Part shown: positions 49,201 to 63,076 of the stretch, piece after piece
Numbering within the stretch: position 1 is the first letter of the stretch
How the letters are laid out: the number at the start of each line of letters is the position of its first letter
Notes under the pieces: model-generated
What the model was told of the DNA's origin: nothing
Databases searched by the model: none
What the model saw: only the letters and a program-made list of their open reading frames with translations
Made by a program: the position numbers and the translations under genes
Assembly (NCBI GenBank): GCA_030141605.1
Contig: JAQGDQ010000028.1
Coordinates: 186,001 to 250,000 of the forward strand
From: Tubiluchus corallicola
Lineage: Eukaryota; Animalia; Priapulida
Direction of reading: 5' to 3'
DNA length: 64,000 nt

Positions 49201-52200
49201 ACTACCATTCATTCTCAGACAGACTCTGCAGCATGATTTTGATTTCCTGTTTCACATGGGTATTATTAGTACATTATTGATTCTTTGGTAATAATAAGTC
49301 ATTAATAACTGTCTACATTTCTTTTTAAATTTCTTTTTAACTAATGCTATTAGAATTCGAATTATTAGAATTATCATTCATTTTCATCAATGCACACCAC
49401 GGGTCTTTTTTAAAAGTTTATCCTTCAATCAGGGATGTTTCCGAAACTGAATTTACAAACCGAAACCGAAACCAAAATTTATGAAACATAGAAAACCGAT
49501 ACCGAAATGAAACTGAACCGAAACATTTTTGCAAAACCAACTACTATTAAAACTGAAAAAAGAAAATTCTAAAATTACTAAAATATTTTGTTTTTTGTTA
49601 GTTTTGTCTGCTTTTATTTGCTGTGATGCAAAATTACTGTTTAAAAATTTTAATACAAAAAGGACAACGAAGTTTTATAGTTTGGAACCTCAAGTTTGTT
49701 GGAGTGGCTTACCTCAGAAAATGTGTTATGATGCTTTTGGATTTAAGTATCCTTAATGATTAATGTTTAAAGATCATAATGCTTCATTAAAAATAAATAA
49801 ATTTTATTTTGTAGATATTTTGTTGCCTATTTCATAAATTAATAATCTAAATGTAATTTTTGCTCAAGTAAATTCAAACATAGTTTCGTATTTTGGTTGA
49901 TTGGGCCTGGAGAGTGGAGACACTAAAATTTCACAGTTGTCAACACTAATGATAGGCCACATTGCCGGTAAAAGCATGTCACAAACTGTTACGTAAACGA
50001 AATTTTTGCTTTTTTTGAACTAATTTAGCCAAAATTTTTTGGAGGTTTTTGACATCTAGGAGAAAAGAAAATTTAGGTTGGATAAATACTAGTAAAAGCT
50101 CCAAAAATGCTTACAGAAAATTATCCAAAATTTCTCTGAAACCAAAACTTATCCGAAAGTGCAATTATTGGCAAACCAAAACGCAAGTTTCGTTTTGCTA
50201 ACATCCCTGCCTTCAATTAAATGCATGATTACAGTGGTAGAAAATGCAATTATAAAGTATATCCCAAAAAGCTTTCTGTGCAGAGTTATGTTGCTTTGCA
50301 TTACGTGTACGCCTTCTTAAAAGACTTGTGTGGCTAAGAAAGAAAATTCTTAGCAATTTAAAATGTTCGCGTCAACTGGTAAATCGTCACTGACTCACTT
50401 TCCCAGTGTTCACCACTGACTCGCCAAAAATATTATTAGTCTTATAGACAAGATTAAGTAATATATTCATTTGTTTAGTTAGTGAAGTATATGCTAGAAA
50501 TGCTGTGATTATTTTTTCAAAGTTAAGGCAATGTTATAAACTTATTTCAAACTACCTACTGTGAAGTGGCTGCTCCTAATGGTTATTGTAGAATTTAAAC
50601 CCGGACTTTAAATGTGCAAGTTTTACACAATGTTACTGCTAATACAAGTTTTGTGCGTAATAAGGCAGTATGTAATTGATACCAAACAAATTTTTTTAGC
50701 TCTATGTAAAAAAACGTTTTCTTGTCCTTTAAGCGCAATTTTATCTTAGTTTACAAACGGTGTCTGTTGCTTTTTAGTAAAATAATGTTTATCTATTGCA
50801 GGAGATTTTGCTTATGACTTATATGCGGTAAGTTAGTTTTGTTTATGTCAGTAATCCACTATTCCTACTAATAAGAATCATTAAATACTTGCTATAACTT
50901 TTCTCAGTATACTCCTAATGATTTTTTAGCAAGGGATGCACCAAATATTCAGATCACCAAATTTTTTACCCAAATATCAGTATAAAAATTTGGTTTGATA
51001 AACTTTGGTTGTAATCAATAAATGTTCGTCAACCTTCGGTATACCAAGGTTACTTTTTTAATAATTGTCGGATTCGGTGAAAATTATAAACAAATGGAAA
51101 GTATTTCCCTATAATGCTTATAAAAATTTATCCAAAAAAGTTAATAGTAAACAGTGAACACTATACAACAGCTGACATTTTACTTTCTGTTTCTATGTAA
51201 TAACTTGATGAATGCAGTGCACCAACGGTCAATGCGCAATAGTGTGGCTGTGTTGTACTTGCTCAGAAACAATGCAATAAATCAGTGAGAACTCGATGGT
51301 AGTAACCAATTGTAATTTTGCAGTTTTAGTTAGATACTGTTTTTATTGATTATACAAGATAGTTTAAACAGCTTTTGAACGAATTAAGTCTGCTTTTAAA
51401 ATATTTAATATTTTACTACATAACACTAACCATTAGATAAAAACACAAATTTAGCAATCAGAATGATTTTATCCAGTTCATCGATCACCACTAATTTAAA
51501 ACAATAAAACATTATAGAGTTTATAATTCTTCTCAATTGGAAATACAAGAAAATTCAGATCGGCTTCGGTCTGGTATTCCAATTTAACTAGATTTTTATT
51601 CAGTATTCAGTTCAGCTGCATGGCGAATAATAATTCGGTTAAGGTTTGATTTGGTGGTACTCAAGCATAAAAAAATTGGCTTCGGTTCAGTTGATTAAAA
51701 TGTGTATTCGGTGCACCCCTACTTATAGCTAAGCTGCTAACAGATAAAAATCACACAGTACACTGGTAAAAATTCTCCTCACATTAAACGAGTTTCATTT
51801 TAGTAAAGTAGTAAGTGATCAAAAAAAAATGAAAATTAACAACACAATTCCATTATAGATAGCAAACAACCGTGGAAAACTCTGATTGAGTCTGAAGTTG
51901 AATGTGTCTGGGTCTGTGTTTTTATGCACAATCACTGTGGTTTAGGTTACGTTATATAGTGGACAATGAGTGCTGGCTATAGCATACCTCTTTATATTTA
52001 CTGATTATTGTTTGCTAACCTCATAGCTATGATGTAGCCCAAGGGTTTAGCCAGAGAATCGCCCGGCCATCTGTTGGACGATCAATTTAGACAGCTAGAA
52101 GATGGTGCAACATTCTCAGGTCTATAACCACGAGTTGAGTAAACGAACTTTTAAGCTACAGCAGTAATTTTGTAGTTGTCTTAACACAGTATTTACATCA

Positions 52201-55200
52201 TTAATTTTTATAAACTATGCAGTAGTGCAGATAAATTTGTTCTGCTATAAATGAAGTAATAATACAGAAACGTTTATCTTGGCTGCGTGATAGATGAACA
52301 TTCGGCAATACAAACGCATACATGCATTGAGCTATAACACCATCCAATACTATTTGCATCACAAGGCAGTGTCCGAAGTGCACTGCTTACAGTTTTCTCA
52401 CGTTGTAGATTTGTTTTTGGGTGTGATGTAGCTTTCATCTGCTTCCATTACTTTGTTTTGGCTTCTCCACACAAAACAAAATAAAAACTAATCTGTACAC
52501 ATAGCTAACAACTAAACATTTGGATCGCGTATGCAGATTTAGCTACAATAAAATTTCAGCTGAAGAACTTTCCTTCTAATTAGCTCTAGAACAATTTGAG
52601 ATGAAGCTGTCTAAATAAAACAAAACAAGAATCAGATTGTGACCTGATAAATGTGCTTTAAGGTTTTTGCAATTTATTGGCAGTTATTACCAAATGACTA
52701 AGCTCATGTAGGCCTAGTGTAATATCATTGTACTCATATGTATGTGTAGGCCTACAGATACTTCAGGGGTCTCTGGAGTGGCGTATAGTCTATTGCAGGG
52801 TTGTGCAAATTGCGGCCCGCTGAGAGATCTAGTGCGAAGAGGTTTGTCAACCTAATGAAAGTGCGGCCTGGGCGATGAGTTAAGTGTATCCAGCTGGAGT
52901 CCGCTCCACGATCGCAAAGATAGTGTGGGTAGTTTTTTCCACTAGGTCGGGTGGCATTAACCCTTACGGTTGTCACTTAATGTCACCGCCGGACATGACA
53001 AAATTACACGTTGCTCACTTGGAACACAAAAGAGCGATGTAATCACAGAACACAGTAAACTATCACGGAAGCCGCCATTGAAACACTCAAGTGTGCAAGG
53101 AAATGTGTGAAGCAATCTGATTGGCTGGTAGGAAGACCAACCAGCTAATCTCTAGTCTGCTATTATAGGGGTGATTGATCAGCCCAGTCATCTTCTTGGC
53201 CATATGGGTAAATCATTTTGACTAGGTTATTTTACAAAATAAATTATAAATAAAATTATATAATAACCAAGTCAAAATGATCTACCTATTATGACCAAGA
53301 AGACGACTGGGCAGATCAATTGTAAGTAGCCAGCAAGCTGAAAATGTGTGGGCACCCCTGATATAGGGGATTCCCAGATTTTAGTTTCTCCTTAAGCTCA
53401 GTAATATACGCCTCGATCAGTGGCCGTTTCATCATTTCATCAGATGTAGTGTTCTTATAGATCAGAATCATGGATAAGAAAATGAGGAAGATTGAAGACA
53501 AACATTGAGTCAAGACAGATTGATATGCATTGTACTACACAGACTGTGAGATACACATTACTAATATGCGTTATAATGAAATTACCACTATCTGGCATGA
53601 AAGTTGAAATCTGTGGTTTTTAATATAAATTTAATAACTTCTAACATAGTTTTCTTGAGTGTAGTAGTGATGATGTGTGTAGATTTGATGCAAAAAAACG
53701 TTATTGGGTCCTACTGTACTTTGCTTCTTGACCAAACTGCTTGTGGCCCGCAGGAATTGCGGGAAAGTTTAATGTAGCCAGGCTAGTCAGATAATTTGCA
53801 CACCCCTTGCCTATAATGTGTCTAGATTCAAGTTTTGTTTGTAATCTTAAAAAGACAATATAAAGAGCATGTGCAAACTCAAAATTTTGGCCATATTTAA
53901 CATTTTCATCTTCTTTGTTGCCAAAATTGACCTCAAACTGAACTTTGCCAGCTTCCGGGGCTCCACCCAGACTGTGCTGGGGGAACTTACGGGCCCCCTA
54001 GCTTTTGGGCTTGGACTCTCTGTTGCGAAATCCTGTTTAAGCCCTCGATCTAACCTAGTCATTTACCAGCTTAGCCATAGACTGGACTAATCCTGCTAGG
54101 TTGTTGCGGCACATCATGAGTGAAACATTCTTAAATTTGGAATTCGTATTGTTGGGACAACTACTTTCTTTGGAGAGTTAATTTGGACTAGTGGTTTCTA
54201 GATCCAATCGAAGTAAAATCACAATTTTTTATACTTCTCTTTTGTAAAAGTTTGCCTTTAAATAGATTAATGTATAAATTTTGTTTATATACTTAATGCT
54301 AATTAATATTCATAGGTAATTACATTGTTTATAAAATATAGCAGAGGTTAGAACAATAATAACAACTCTAAGCTACTTTGCCAGTAAGTATGAAATATAA
54401 TTATTAAAGGGGAAGAAAAGAGAATTTTAAAATAAGTCCAAAAAACTTTTCGTACTAAAATATGCTATCTGCTTTACCAAAAAAAACGTTGATCTCATTA
54501 ACAATATAAAGTAATTTATACTTTTGCTTAGTAAATGAAGAGTGTGCTGCGAATTTGCTGACTATTTTTCAAACTTTTTACAATATTATCTAAACGAATT
54601 ACTTGGACAGTTAATGTTATAACCTATGGTTATGCCTAGTAGTCATTGCAGGAGTTTAAATATACAAGTCTTATACAATGTTACAATACAAACTCTATAA
54701 TGCAATCATTTCATAATGCAAACTCTGCATGTAATAAGACAACATGTAAGTAATATAGAATTTCAAGGCAAATTTCTTAAGCTTTATTTATAAGGAGTAT
54801 GTTTTCTTGCCTTTTAAATTTTATCTATTAATGTGGCAGCTAGTAGTAGCAGAAATAATTTTCTGAAAAGTTCTATTATTTATGTTACAGGATAATGGCA
54901 GAGTCGGTGACAAATATTTGAGAGAAATAGAACCAGTGGTGGCAAATCTTCCTTATATGGGATGTCCTGGTAACCATGAAAACAAATAGTATGTATAAAT
55001 TTTTAAGTACTAAGCATAAATTTGTAATAGTAATTACATTACTGAAAGTGCTGTCTGGCTTGATAATGGTTCCAGTAGGGCCTTTTCTACAGATCAAATT
55101 GGGTTAATTTTAGTTCAACTTACGTATCACCAATATAACTAAAATCAACTTAGATAGCTTTTCTTTGGACAATTCAGTGCACTGCAAACTGGTATCTAGC

Positions 55201-58200
55201 ACTCATTACCATTGCTGACTAGTTGTGGCAGATCCGGGACTTTGCTTCTTATCAGTGGTAATCGTGAGGTGTCTTCACAAATGCACATGCATCCAAAAGT
55301 GTTCCCTTAATGACAGAAATACTAATAATTGGAGGCAGGATTGCTAAAACACATGTTCCAGCAGTCAGCCTTTCTTTACTTTTGAAGTTTTTATTATTAT
55401 CACATTCAGTACAGTTTAGAGACATTCAATACATGGTAACATCTAAAGAATTGATGCATGAACAAAAAAGAACAGGGAGAAAGGTTAGATCCCACAGGAT
55501 GCGAAGAACGATGTGTTAGTGGAAAAAGTAGGAAGAAAGACAGTAGATTGTGAGATCAGTCAATCTTGCTGCTTAACTGTTGAAGCCAAACATATACAAT
55601 GATTACCCAGTTATTTCTTTGTCCTTCTTGAACTATAAACTCTAGAAGAATGAAGCAGTTTGCAATTGTTGCTGTTAAAACTGAATGTCTATACTGCTGC
55701 AAGTAATATTACAGTCAGTGAGGATACATTGTAGAATATGGCCCCAAACTATTCAATTTTAATTTAATTATTTTATCATGGTTTTGTAAACATTTGTTCG
55801 GGCCATCTTTTGGAAGATTAGGTTTTTATTAGTGACACATTTCGATGTATAGCACAAAGCTGAAACAAAACAGTATTGAATGAATGAATGTGATTCAATA
55901 CATCGATTGATTCCTTTAAATCCTTGCAAATTTTGTTTTTTAGTTTGTACATAGTAAGTAAATGGAATCACTGATGTTTTTCTGTTTTTCTACTTTAGCA
56001 ATTTTTCAAACTATAAGAATCGCTTTACATTTCCTAACACCGAAGACAATATGATGTATAGGTAAGTGAAAATGCACGTGTTGCATTAATGTTTGGCTAT
56101 TCAAGCCTGTCTGCACCAGTGTCCACACATATACTATTCATTATACTGTCTGCTGGGTTATAGAAATATATTAGCCATCATTTGGTTACTAACATTTTAA
56201 TCTAAAATATAAAAAGTACCTTAAAAGGAGCACTTTCCATTGCATCTCGATCATTACTGTTTATCAAAAACAATATATGTGTGTCATATATTATAACGTT
56301 GTGATGACATATTTGTCAACTAGCATTTGATGACAAACTTCAGCAGATATAAGTTGCTAATGTGCAGACAGTTTTGTTAAACACCCTAAGCAATAGCATT
56401 TCTAATACGTTAGCCTTTATGTAAAATCACGTTCACAGCTTCAAAACTATGACGAACTTCCTGTAATTTTGAATGAAATATTAAGCTACTATGATAATGT
56501 TCTGTTAAAGTTTTGATGTTGGTCTAGTCCACTTCATATCTCTATCCACCGAGTTCTTCTACTTTCCATTGCTGGGTTTCTGGCAGATTGTCAGACAGTA
56601 TCAATGGCTGGAACAAGATCTGAAGGCAAGTAGAACAATTTAAACCATTTGTTGCCTCCTTACTAGTATATGATATACAAATGAGTTTGATAATTAGTTC
56701 TTACATGTCAAATGACAAATTGCTATACATTTGTATATATATATATATATATACTGCAAACCATTGTAATACTTTTTCTGTTGAATGATTTGTGCAATTT
56801 GTTATTTGCTGAACTGCTCACCTGTGTAAAAAGGTCTTGCCAACTGTTCACCGTTAGACCATTCACTGAGTAAAATATGTTGTAGCGACCTATGTGCATT
56901 TCAATTTTTTGTTTTATAGGAAGCAAATAAGCCAGAAAATCGTGCTAAGCGTCCATGGATTATCACATTTGGCCACAGACCTATGTACTGCACCACCTTG
57001 GATGGTGATGATTGCACCACAACTCGAGATAGGGTGCGAATAATTGTTTGTTCTTAAGCATTTTGTGAGACAGTGTGCTGTATAGTGGTACGAGGTAAGG
57101 CAATTGCTGCAAAGTGGCACAGTGGCACATGTTGTACTAGATTTGGCAACACAGCGGGCTATTTGATGAGTTGCTGGTTTATAGTGATTGCTGTGTTGAC
57201 CAAGTATTCACTACAACAAACCTGCCCTGCTGTATTGATCAGTCAGGCATTCATTACAATGTGCCATTGCATCACTTCACTTGAACTAAAAGATGCCACA
57301 CATCAAGTTATAGAAATTTATAAACTATTCAATGTCTATTCGATGGTGGTTACTTTGATTAATTTACTGTGTGGTTATTCCAGTTTGGTCATAAGCATAT
57401 TTCCAGTGAACACATAGAGTAGCTAGGATAAATATAAAGTAACTAATTAGCTTGAACATTTGAAACAGCGAGCAAAAAAGGGAGGAAGGTTTATATTTGC
57501 AGGGGCCGCCTTTATATTCAAATTTTGAAAGTTACGCATTGAACTGAATGTGTCTTCCGTATAACAAATCACATCCATGAAATGTAATGTTGCCTGAACA
57601 ACTAGTAATGTTTAACTTGAGTACGATTTCAAAAAACAAACACTGTTTCCCAGAGTGTTTGGCAGAGATGTATATCTTTATACTTTTACATAGTTTTGCT
57701 TTTTAATTACTTACCTTCTGTCTAAAACCGCACTAGGATATGGTATAGAATAAAAAATACAAGTTAGTTTAAAATGTGGACCGAGAACAGCACAAATTTT
57801 TTGGTACAGAAATTAATGTATTAGGACTCATTGTCATGCTATCTTCACTGTTGTGGTCTATGAAAACTAGTAAGCTTGTTAATTTTCTCTACTACTTAGA
57901 TTACTGAGGACTTCAGTCAATTTCTACCTCCATTTATTCTGGAATCCCATATGGTCCAATTTCATGTATTTAATGCTTATAACCCTTTTGCAAAAAGCTG
58001 AACTGTAGCATTTGAATGGATTCAGTCTAACTCAAAATTGTTTTTTATGTTTGCTTTTATTCTGATTACAGGTTAGAGTCGGAATTTTTGGTAGATTTTA
58101 TGGACTAGAAAAATTAATATACCAATATGGAGTGGATCTGACACTTTGGGCACATGAGCATTGCTACGAGAGAATGTGGCCTGTCTATGACAAACAGGTA

Positions 58201-60750
58201 AAAACCGTGTATCTGCAAATATGTCATCTCATTTCTCTTTTTACATTTCGTATTTTCTGCTCATCTCTAAATTTAATTTACATTCTTTTCAAGTTTACTT
58301 AATTCTGAGTCATGCAGCTTTTGAAAAGAAAGATTTGTGCAATAAGGTTTTCCTTTTAAGATGATAAAATTTGTTTCCATAAGTTTTGTAAGTATGAGTG
58401 TATAAATTTTTTTCGTTACTTTATAGTATTCGCGAGTAGCAAACTAGCATACAAGTACTGACTTGTTAGCTACGAACAACTTGTTACATTTCACTTACAA
58501 CAATTGATTATTTTCATTCGAAATTCATCTGATGACAAAAACTTTTATTAATAATAATAACATAATAAGTCTATAAAGATTTATTCACTTCAATTCAATT
58601 GTGTATTATGAATTGAGCAAATACTTTACTTGAACTAGTTTGGGTGGATGAGAAAAAAACTTAATTACATTCAGTTGTAGGAATTTTAATTTGAATCAGT
58701 TGTAGAAAAGCTTACTTGAACAGACATTGGCATGTTAATTAGACCGATTCGCTGAACTGATGAAAGAACTGTCCACGATGCCACTTTGGACAACAAATTC
58801 ATTTACGCAGCACAAATTCAACACCAGTCCATTAAATCTCATTCTCATGAAATGTAATTTTACGCAAAATTGTCTCTTGTGCATTTCACTTAATAACATT
58901 TCCAGTTCATTGCTTTAAAGGAAAATATACTTCATTCAGCATACCTTATTTATTTTACAGCTATCTCTTGAACTTCGAAAAATGTAATGGCCATATTAAA
59001 AATTTCAGGGTTGGTGGTTGCTGCTAATCATTTGAAAATTGTCACATAAGTGGCTAATATATCAAACTACTTCAGCTTACCCTTCACACAGAAATATCGC
59101 AAAGTTAGCTATCAAATTTTTATAAAAAATTTCTAACATCTTTTGTGAACATTAAAATAAACTTAACTTCCCAATGGCTTGGTTCCGTTTCACTATATAA
59201 ACATAATATCTAAAAAATCCAGGTGAATCTTTCTTACATATAGAGCGGCAACTGTAATTGTCAAGCATTAATAAAATTGATTATTAGGTGACAGCATCAG
59301 TTATGATACCTGTAACATGACTTGTTATACAAATTTAGAAAGATAAAGAGGTTTCACAGTATTTAACAATTCTGTTATGAAGGATGATACTGAACAAAAT
59401 ACAGAGTGACCGGTAATATATTAATAGTACTTTGAATTATTTGCAAACTAAATTGAGCTTACATCCACAGCTGCAACTAGCTAGACTAACCTCATCAACA
59501 GCTAGACCAGTGGTTCTTAACCTTGTCAGAGGTACCGAACCCCACCAGTTTCATATGCGCATTCACCGAACCCCTCTTTAGTGAAAAATAAAATATGATT
59601 TTTTTCAAATTCAAGACATAGATATGTTTTTTACTGGTACACAAAATGAGCCGTGCATGAACATCACCTTGTTCAAAGAACAAAACCAACACAATGCCGA
59701 ACCCCTGAGATCGACTCACCCGAACCCCTAGGGTTTGATCGAACCCAGGTTAAAAACCACTGAGCTAGACTAACCTAATATACTCGATGGTAACGACGAT
59801 AACAATGATGTGATAAATGCTTGACATAGTGATTTGGTTGATATTATAATGGTGTTAGTGACGATGACTAATGTTGATGTCCTTCTCGATATCTAATATT
59901 AGTTGCCTATTTTCAGGTATACAATGGCAGCAATGAGTTCCCATACACAGACCCTAAAGCTCCCGTTCACATTATCAATGGTGCTGCCGTAAGTATTTAA
60001 AGTTTTAAACCAATATAGCACAAGGTGTCCCTACAGTTGTGTCCTCAGCCTATGAGGTCATATTAGCCAATGGAAAAAAATGAATGGAAGTGAAGGTGTT
60101 ACTGCAGCATGCGAAGCATTCAAATATTTTTAGTTGTCTCTAGTTTTGTCTTGATTCACCTGTGTAATTCTTTTATGCAGGGTTCCACTGAGAAGGTTGA
60201 TTATTTTGGACCAGATGCACCATGGACTGCATTCAAGAGTTCAGACTACAGTTTTAGCCGAATAATCGTGCATAATCGCACACATTTATATTATGATGTC
60301 TTTTCAGCTGATCAGGTAAAGAAGTATTTTCCTAAACTCCATATTTGCCATATATTTATATATGTAAAGACCAGGTGTGCTTCATGCTAATGTTGGCTGA
60401 CAATTTAAAATGAAAAATAATCAGTGCATATAATGACTTTTGAGGCTCACAGTTTATACACAAAAGTATTTAGATAGCAATAAGCATTCTTGTTGTTTGT
60501 CATTAATGTAAACTTCTGACAGACTCTTGAAAATTAATGTTGGGCAAAACTTACAGAATGTGCTACTTTTTCTCCATATTTAAATTGGAATATTTGTTTA
60601 TTTTTTTAATCTAAATTTTGTAAACAGATATTTGCAAACTATAGTTAAAAAATTATGATTGGCTGCTGTTTTGTTTTTCCTTAGGAGAAAATCATTGATA
60701 AAATTTGGCTGATCAAGAACAAACATGGACCAGAAGCATGGAAATCCTGA
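46207..60750 (+). CDS. ACP7: Purple acid phosphatase, acid phosphatase type 7-like (438 aa, 12 exons, likely signal peptide)
   Basis: Exons 46207-46321, 47151-47354, 49077-49259, 50802-50827, 54891-54988, 55999-56061, 56511-56625, 56920-57033, 58072-58197, 59917-59988, 60181-60315, 60685-60750 total 1317 nt. All five PAP metal-ligand motifs are present (GDMG, GDFAYD, GNHE, GHRP, AHEH), plus QPEQV and an FN3-like N domain. Confidence 0.93.
47550..48316. repeat. Minisatellite, 13 near-identical copies of a 59-bp unit in ACP7 intron 2
   Basis: Unit CTGCTGTACTAACAGGGGTGACTTGATCTCCACACCAAGGTAAACTCTATCTGTTAGAA, head-to-tail with no spacers and few substitutions. Confidence 0.97.
49430..50209. mobile_element. 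Non-autonomous hAT (Ac-like) element
   Basis: TIRs CAGGGATGTT / AACATCCCTG, perfect 8-bp TSD CCTTCAAT (49422-49429, 50210-50217), subterminal AACCGA repeats. Confidence 0.88.
50931..51721. mobile_element. Non-autonomous hAT (Ac-like) element
   Basis: TIRs AGGGATGCACCAAAT / ATTCGGTGCACCCCT, flanks TTTTTAGC / CTTATAGC (6/8), internal TTCGG repeats. Confidence 0.7.
52796..53808. mobile_element. Non-autonomous hAT (Charlie-like) element with a nested hairpin
   Basis: Ends CAGGGTTGTGCAAATT / AATTTGCACACCCCTT, subterminal GYGGCCCGC motifs, degenerate flanks GTCTATTG / GCCTATAA. Confidence 0.65.
53174..53320. repeat. Inverted repeat with ~58-bp arms and AT-rich loop (short MITE-like hairpin)
   Basis: ATTGATCAGCCCAGTCATCTTCTTGGCCATATGGGTAAATCATTTTGACTAGGTTATT pairs with AATAACCAAGTCAAAATGATCTACCTATTATGACCAAGAAGACGACTGGGCAGATCAAT. 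Confidence 0.85.
59508..59762. mobile_element. hAT-type MITE (255 bp)
   Basis: TIRs CAGTGGTTCTTAACCT / AGGTTAAAAACCACTG, perfect 8-bp TSD AGCTAGAC, internal CCGAACCCC repeats. Confidence 0.9.
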
Positions 60751-61095
60751 GATAGACAAGCTGATGTTCTCTTAAGTCGGTTAGGTTATGTTGTTATATA
60801 ATAAAATCGAACCCATTAATGTTATATAATAAACTAGAAAATAGTTTACATAATTTTTAGTTTTTGCAAAATGTCATTATATACTGTGATAAAACGTAGT
60901 TTTTGAAACAATAACCATTTCTTGTCACTTGGAATTTTGACAACTTTCAGGTGTAATGGTGTACTGTTAAAATTAGGTGAAATGCGCACAGTGTATGGTA
61001 ATTATTGAATTAGGTTAATCCCTTTGGACTACTTTTGAGTTGTGTTTAACTGCGCTGCTGTGATAAGTTTAAAAAGTGAGTACAAGGTGCATATC

Positions 61096-61156
61096 AATAA
61101 AAATTCGTGCTTTCATTGATTTTGTTATTTTATTTTAAGCTTTTTTAATCAATAAA
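61096..61156 (+). terminator. Candidate polyadenylation signals of the ACP7-like gene
   Basis: AATAAA at 61096 and 61151 followed by a GT/T-rich stretch. Earlier AATAAA at ~60800 and ~60828 are alternatives. Confidence 0.35.
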
Positions 61157-62444
61157 TATTGGTGCTTACATTAATTTTGTTGTGTTGGCATTGCGTTCTT
61201 TATAAATTACATGTGCTTTGCTTTTTTAGTGTCGAACATTAAGTTTTCTTAGTTTTTACTGGTGTACTGTATAATATCAAGTCAATCAGTACTCTACATT
61301 CCCACTGGTAACTAGTGATTGTAAGTCCGTGATGAATTGCTAGCCTTTACCAAAAATATATGTTTGTCAGCTGAACTATGTTGAGTTTTGTAATGTGCCT
61401 GTACCCAATACTCCTGTACAGTGGTAGCTGATGCATGGATACGCACTTGACTGCAATTAAAATTACGTTTTTATCAAGTTTTGTACATAATTTGCTGAGC
61501 TCGGATATTATTGTTCTTGCTTGCGAAGTCTACAAGACCTAACCAATAACCATATCACTATCTTTCATGGTCTCTTCAATAATAAATGTTCTTTGACTAT
61601 AGTTATTTTGCCAGCATGTTATAATTTATTTTAAACCAATAATGTTATCTCGAGTCATTAAATTTTTCTCTTTTGCGGCAACCATACTGGCTGTTGACAC
61701 CTTTCAATATGATATCGTTCTTTTTATTCACAGCCAGACAAGTAGCCGAATGTGATTTACCATAATATAATTATAATTACAATTTGTCTTCATTTTTGTA
61801 GTCAGGTATAATAAAACTAAGCACTTTCTCAAACTAAGGTGCTTGAATCAGTATCTATTGTTTATTTGCCCAATTCTATGTACATGTATATTTTAGTTTT
61901 AATAGCTTTATCCAAGTCTTAGAAAACAAACGTGATTACAAAAACATGTAAACCCGGGTGATTTCCCTTATTGTGCCGTGGCGCTGTATATAAAAAATGA
62001 ACACCAAGTGAAACGCCGGTCAGAATCGCCTGCAAACCAAAAACGAAATGGATAGCTAAGATAAATAAAGGTGTTAAACAACTTCAACCAAATTTAACAT
62101 TTAGAAGCAGAAGAACTTGCGCTAGTGCAGTTAGGAGTGGGTGGAAAAAATATTGAAGAGTCCCCAAGCACCACAGTCATGTCGACTACAGCTGCGAAAC
62201 TTTGTAGCTTCCACTTGCAGTGGGTGAAAATTATCTGCTGTCAGCATGGAATGTCTGTGGGATCAAGATATTTTCATACAGACTTCATAGCCTCTCAAAG
62301 AAATGGTCTTCGGTATGGTAAAAGCATTTTGAAAACTGTCGGAACTACAACACAGTCAACATTTAGGTCAGTACAGTGAATGCACATATAACATATGTGA
62401 TACTTCTATTAGAATATGTTACATGTACTGTATATTACATTATA

Positions 62445-63076
62445 CAGTTGAACCGCGTATACGTATACCGCCCCTCGTTGTAATGCCATAACAACAATAA
62501 TTGCCGTCCCGATTTCCATAATATATTAAACATAGGGAATACCGCTATCTGCTGTGCCAAAAAATCTATTTTACATAATAAATTTGTCTCGTTATAATGC
62601 CGGGCAAGACAAAGTACAATGAATTGTTACTGAAAAATAGTCATTGTGTTGTAAAAACAATGACCTCTGAACAGAAAAACAATTATGGTGTTTAAATTAA
62701 AATTTGGGTCTTGTTACAAGTGACTGTATGAAAGGGAAGGCTGAGGTTTTGAACAAGGAACATGCATTTTAAGAGTGCAAGAGTTGCGTAGCTAAGCTTC
62801 AGTACTGAACTGACGTAAATTTAACGGCTGTAAAAGCTGTTTGACTTAAGTCAAGTTATTATGCAGTAGCTATTTATAGTCTTAATTATCTAGTTACATT
62901 GGGAGTAATAATAGTAAAAATAGTACACTATATGCTATAAAATGAACTAGGAAACAAAATAGAGGCTATAGACTGGAATGGCTTTGATATTTAATGAACC
63001 TCGCCTTACCGCCAACCCCACTACAGCGCCATATTTAGTGGTGTCCCAGACCTAACGTTATAATGAGGTTTGACTG
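62445..63076. mobile_element. Non-autonomous Tigger/pogo-like element
   Basis: Ends CAGTTGAACCGCGTATACG / CGTTATAATGAGGTTTGACTG with TA flanks; internal CTCGTTRTAATGCC repeats. Confidence 0.7.

Noticed and set aside
62125-62379. ORF or possible terminal exon of a further gene
   Set aside because: No recognisable protein motif and stops in the reverse frames; cannot be supported without transcripts.
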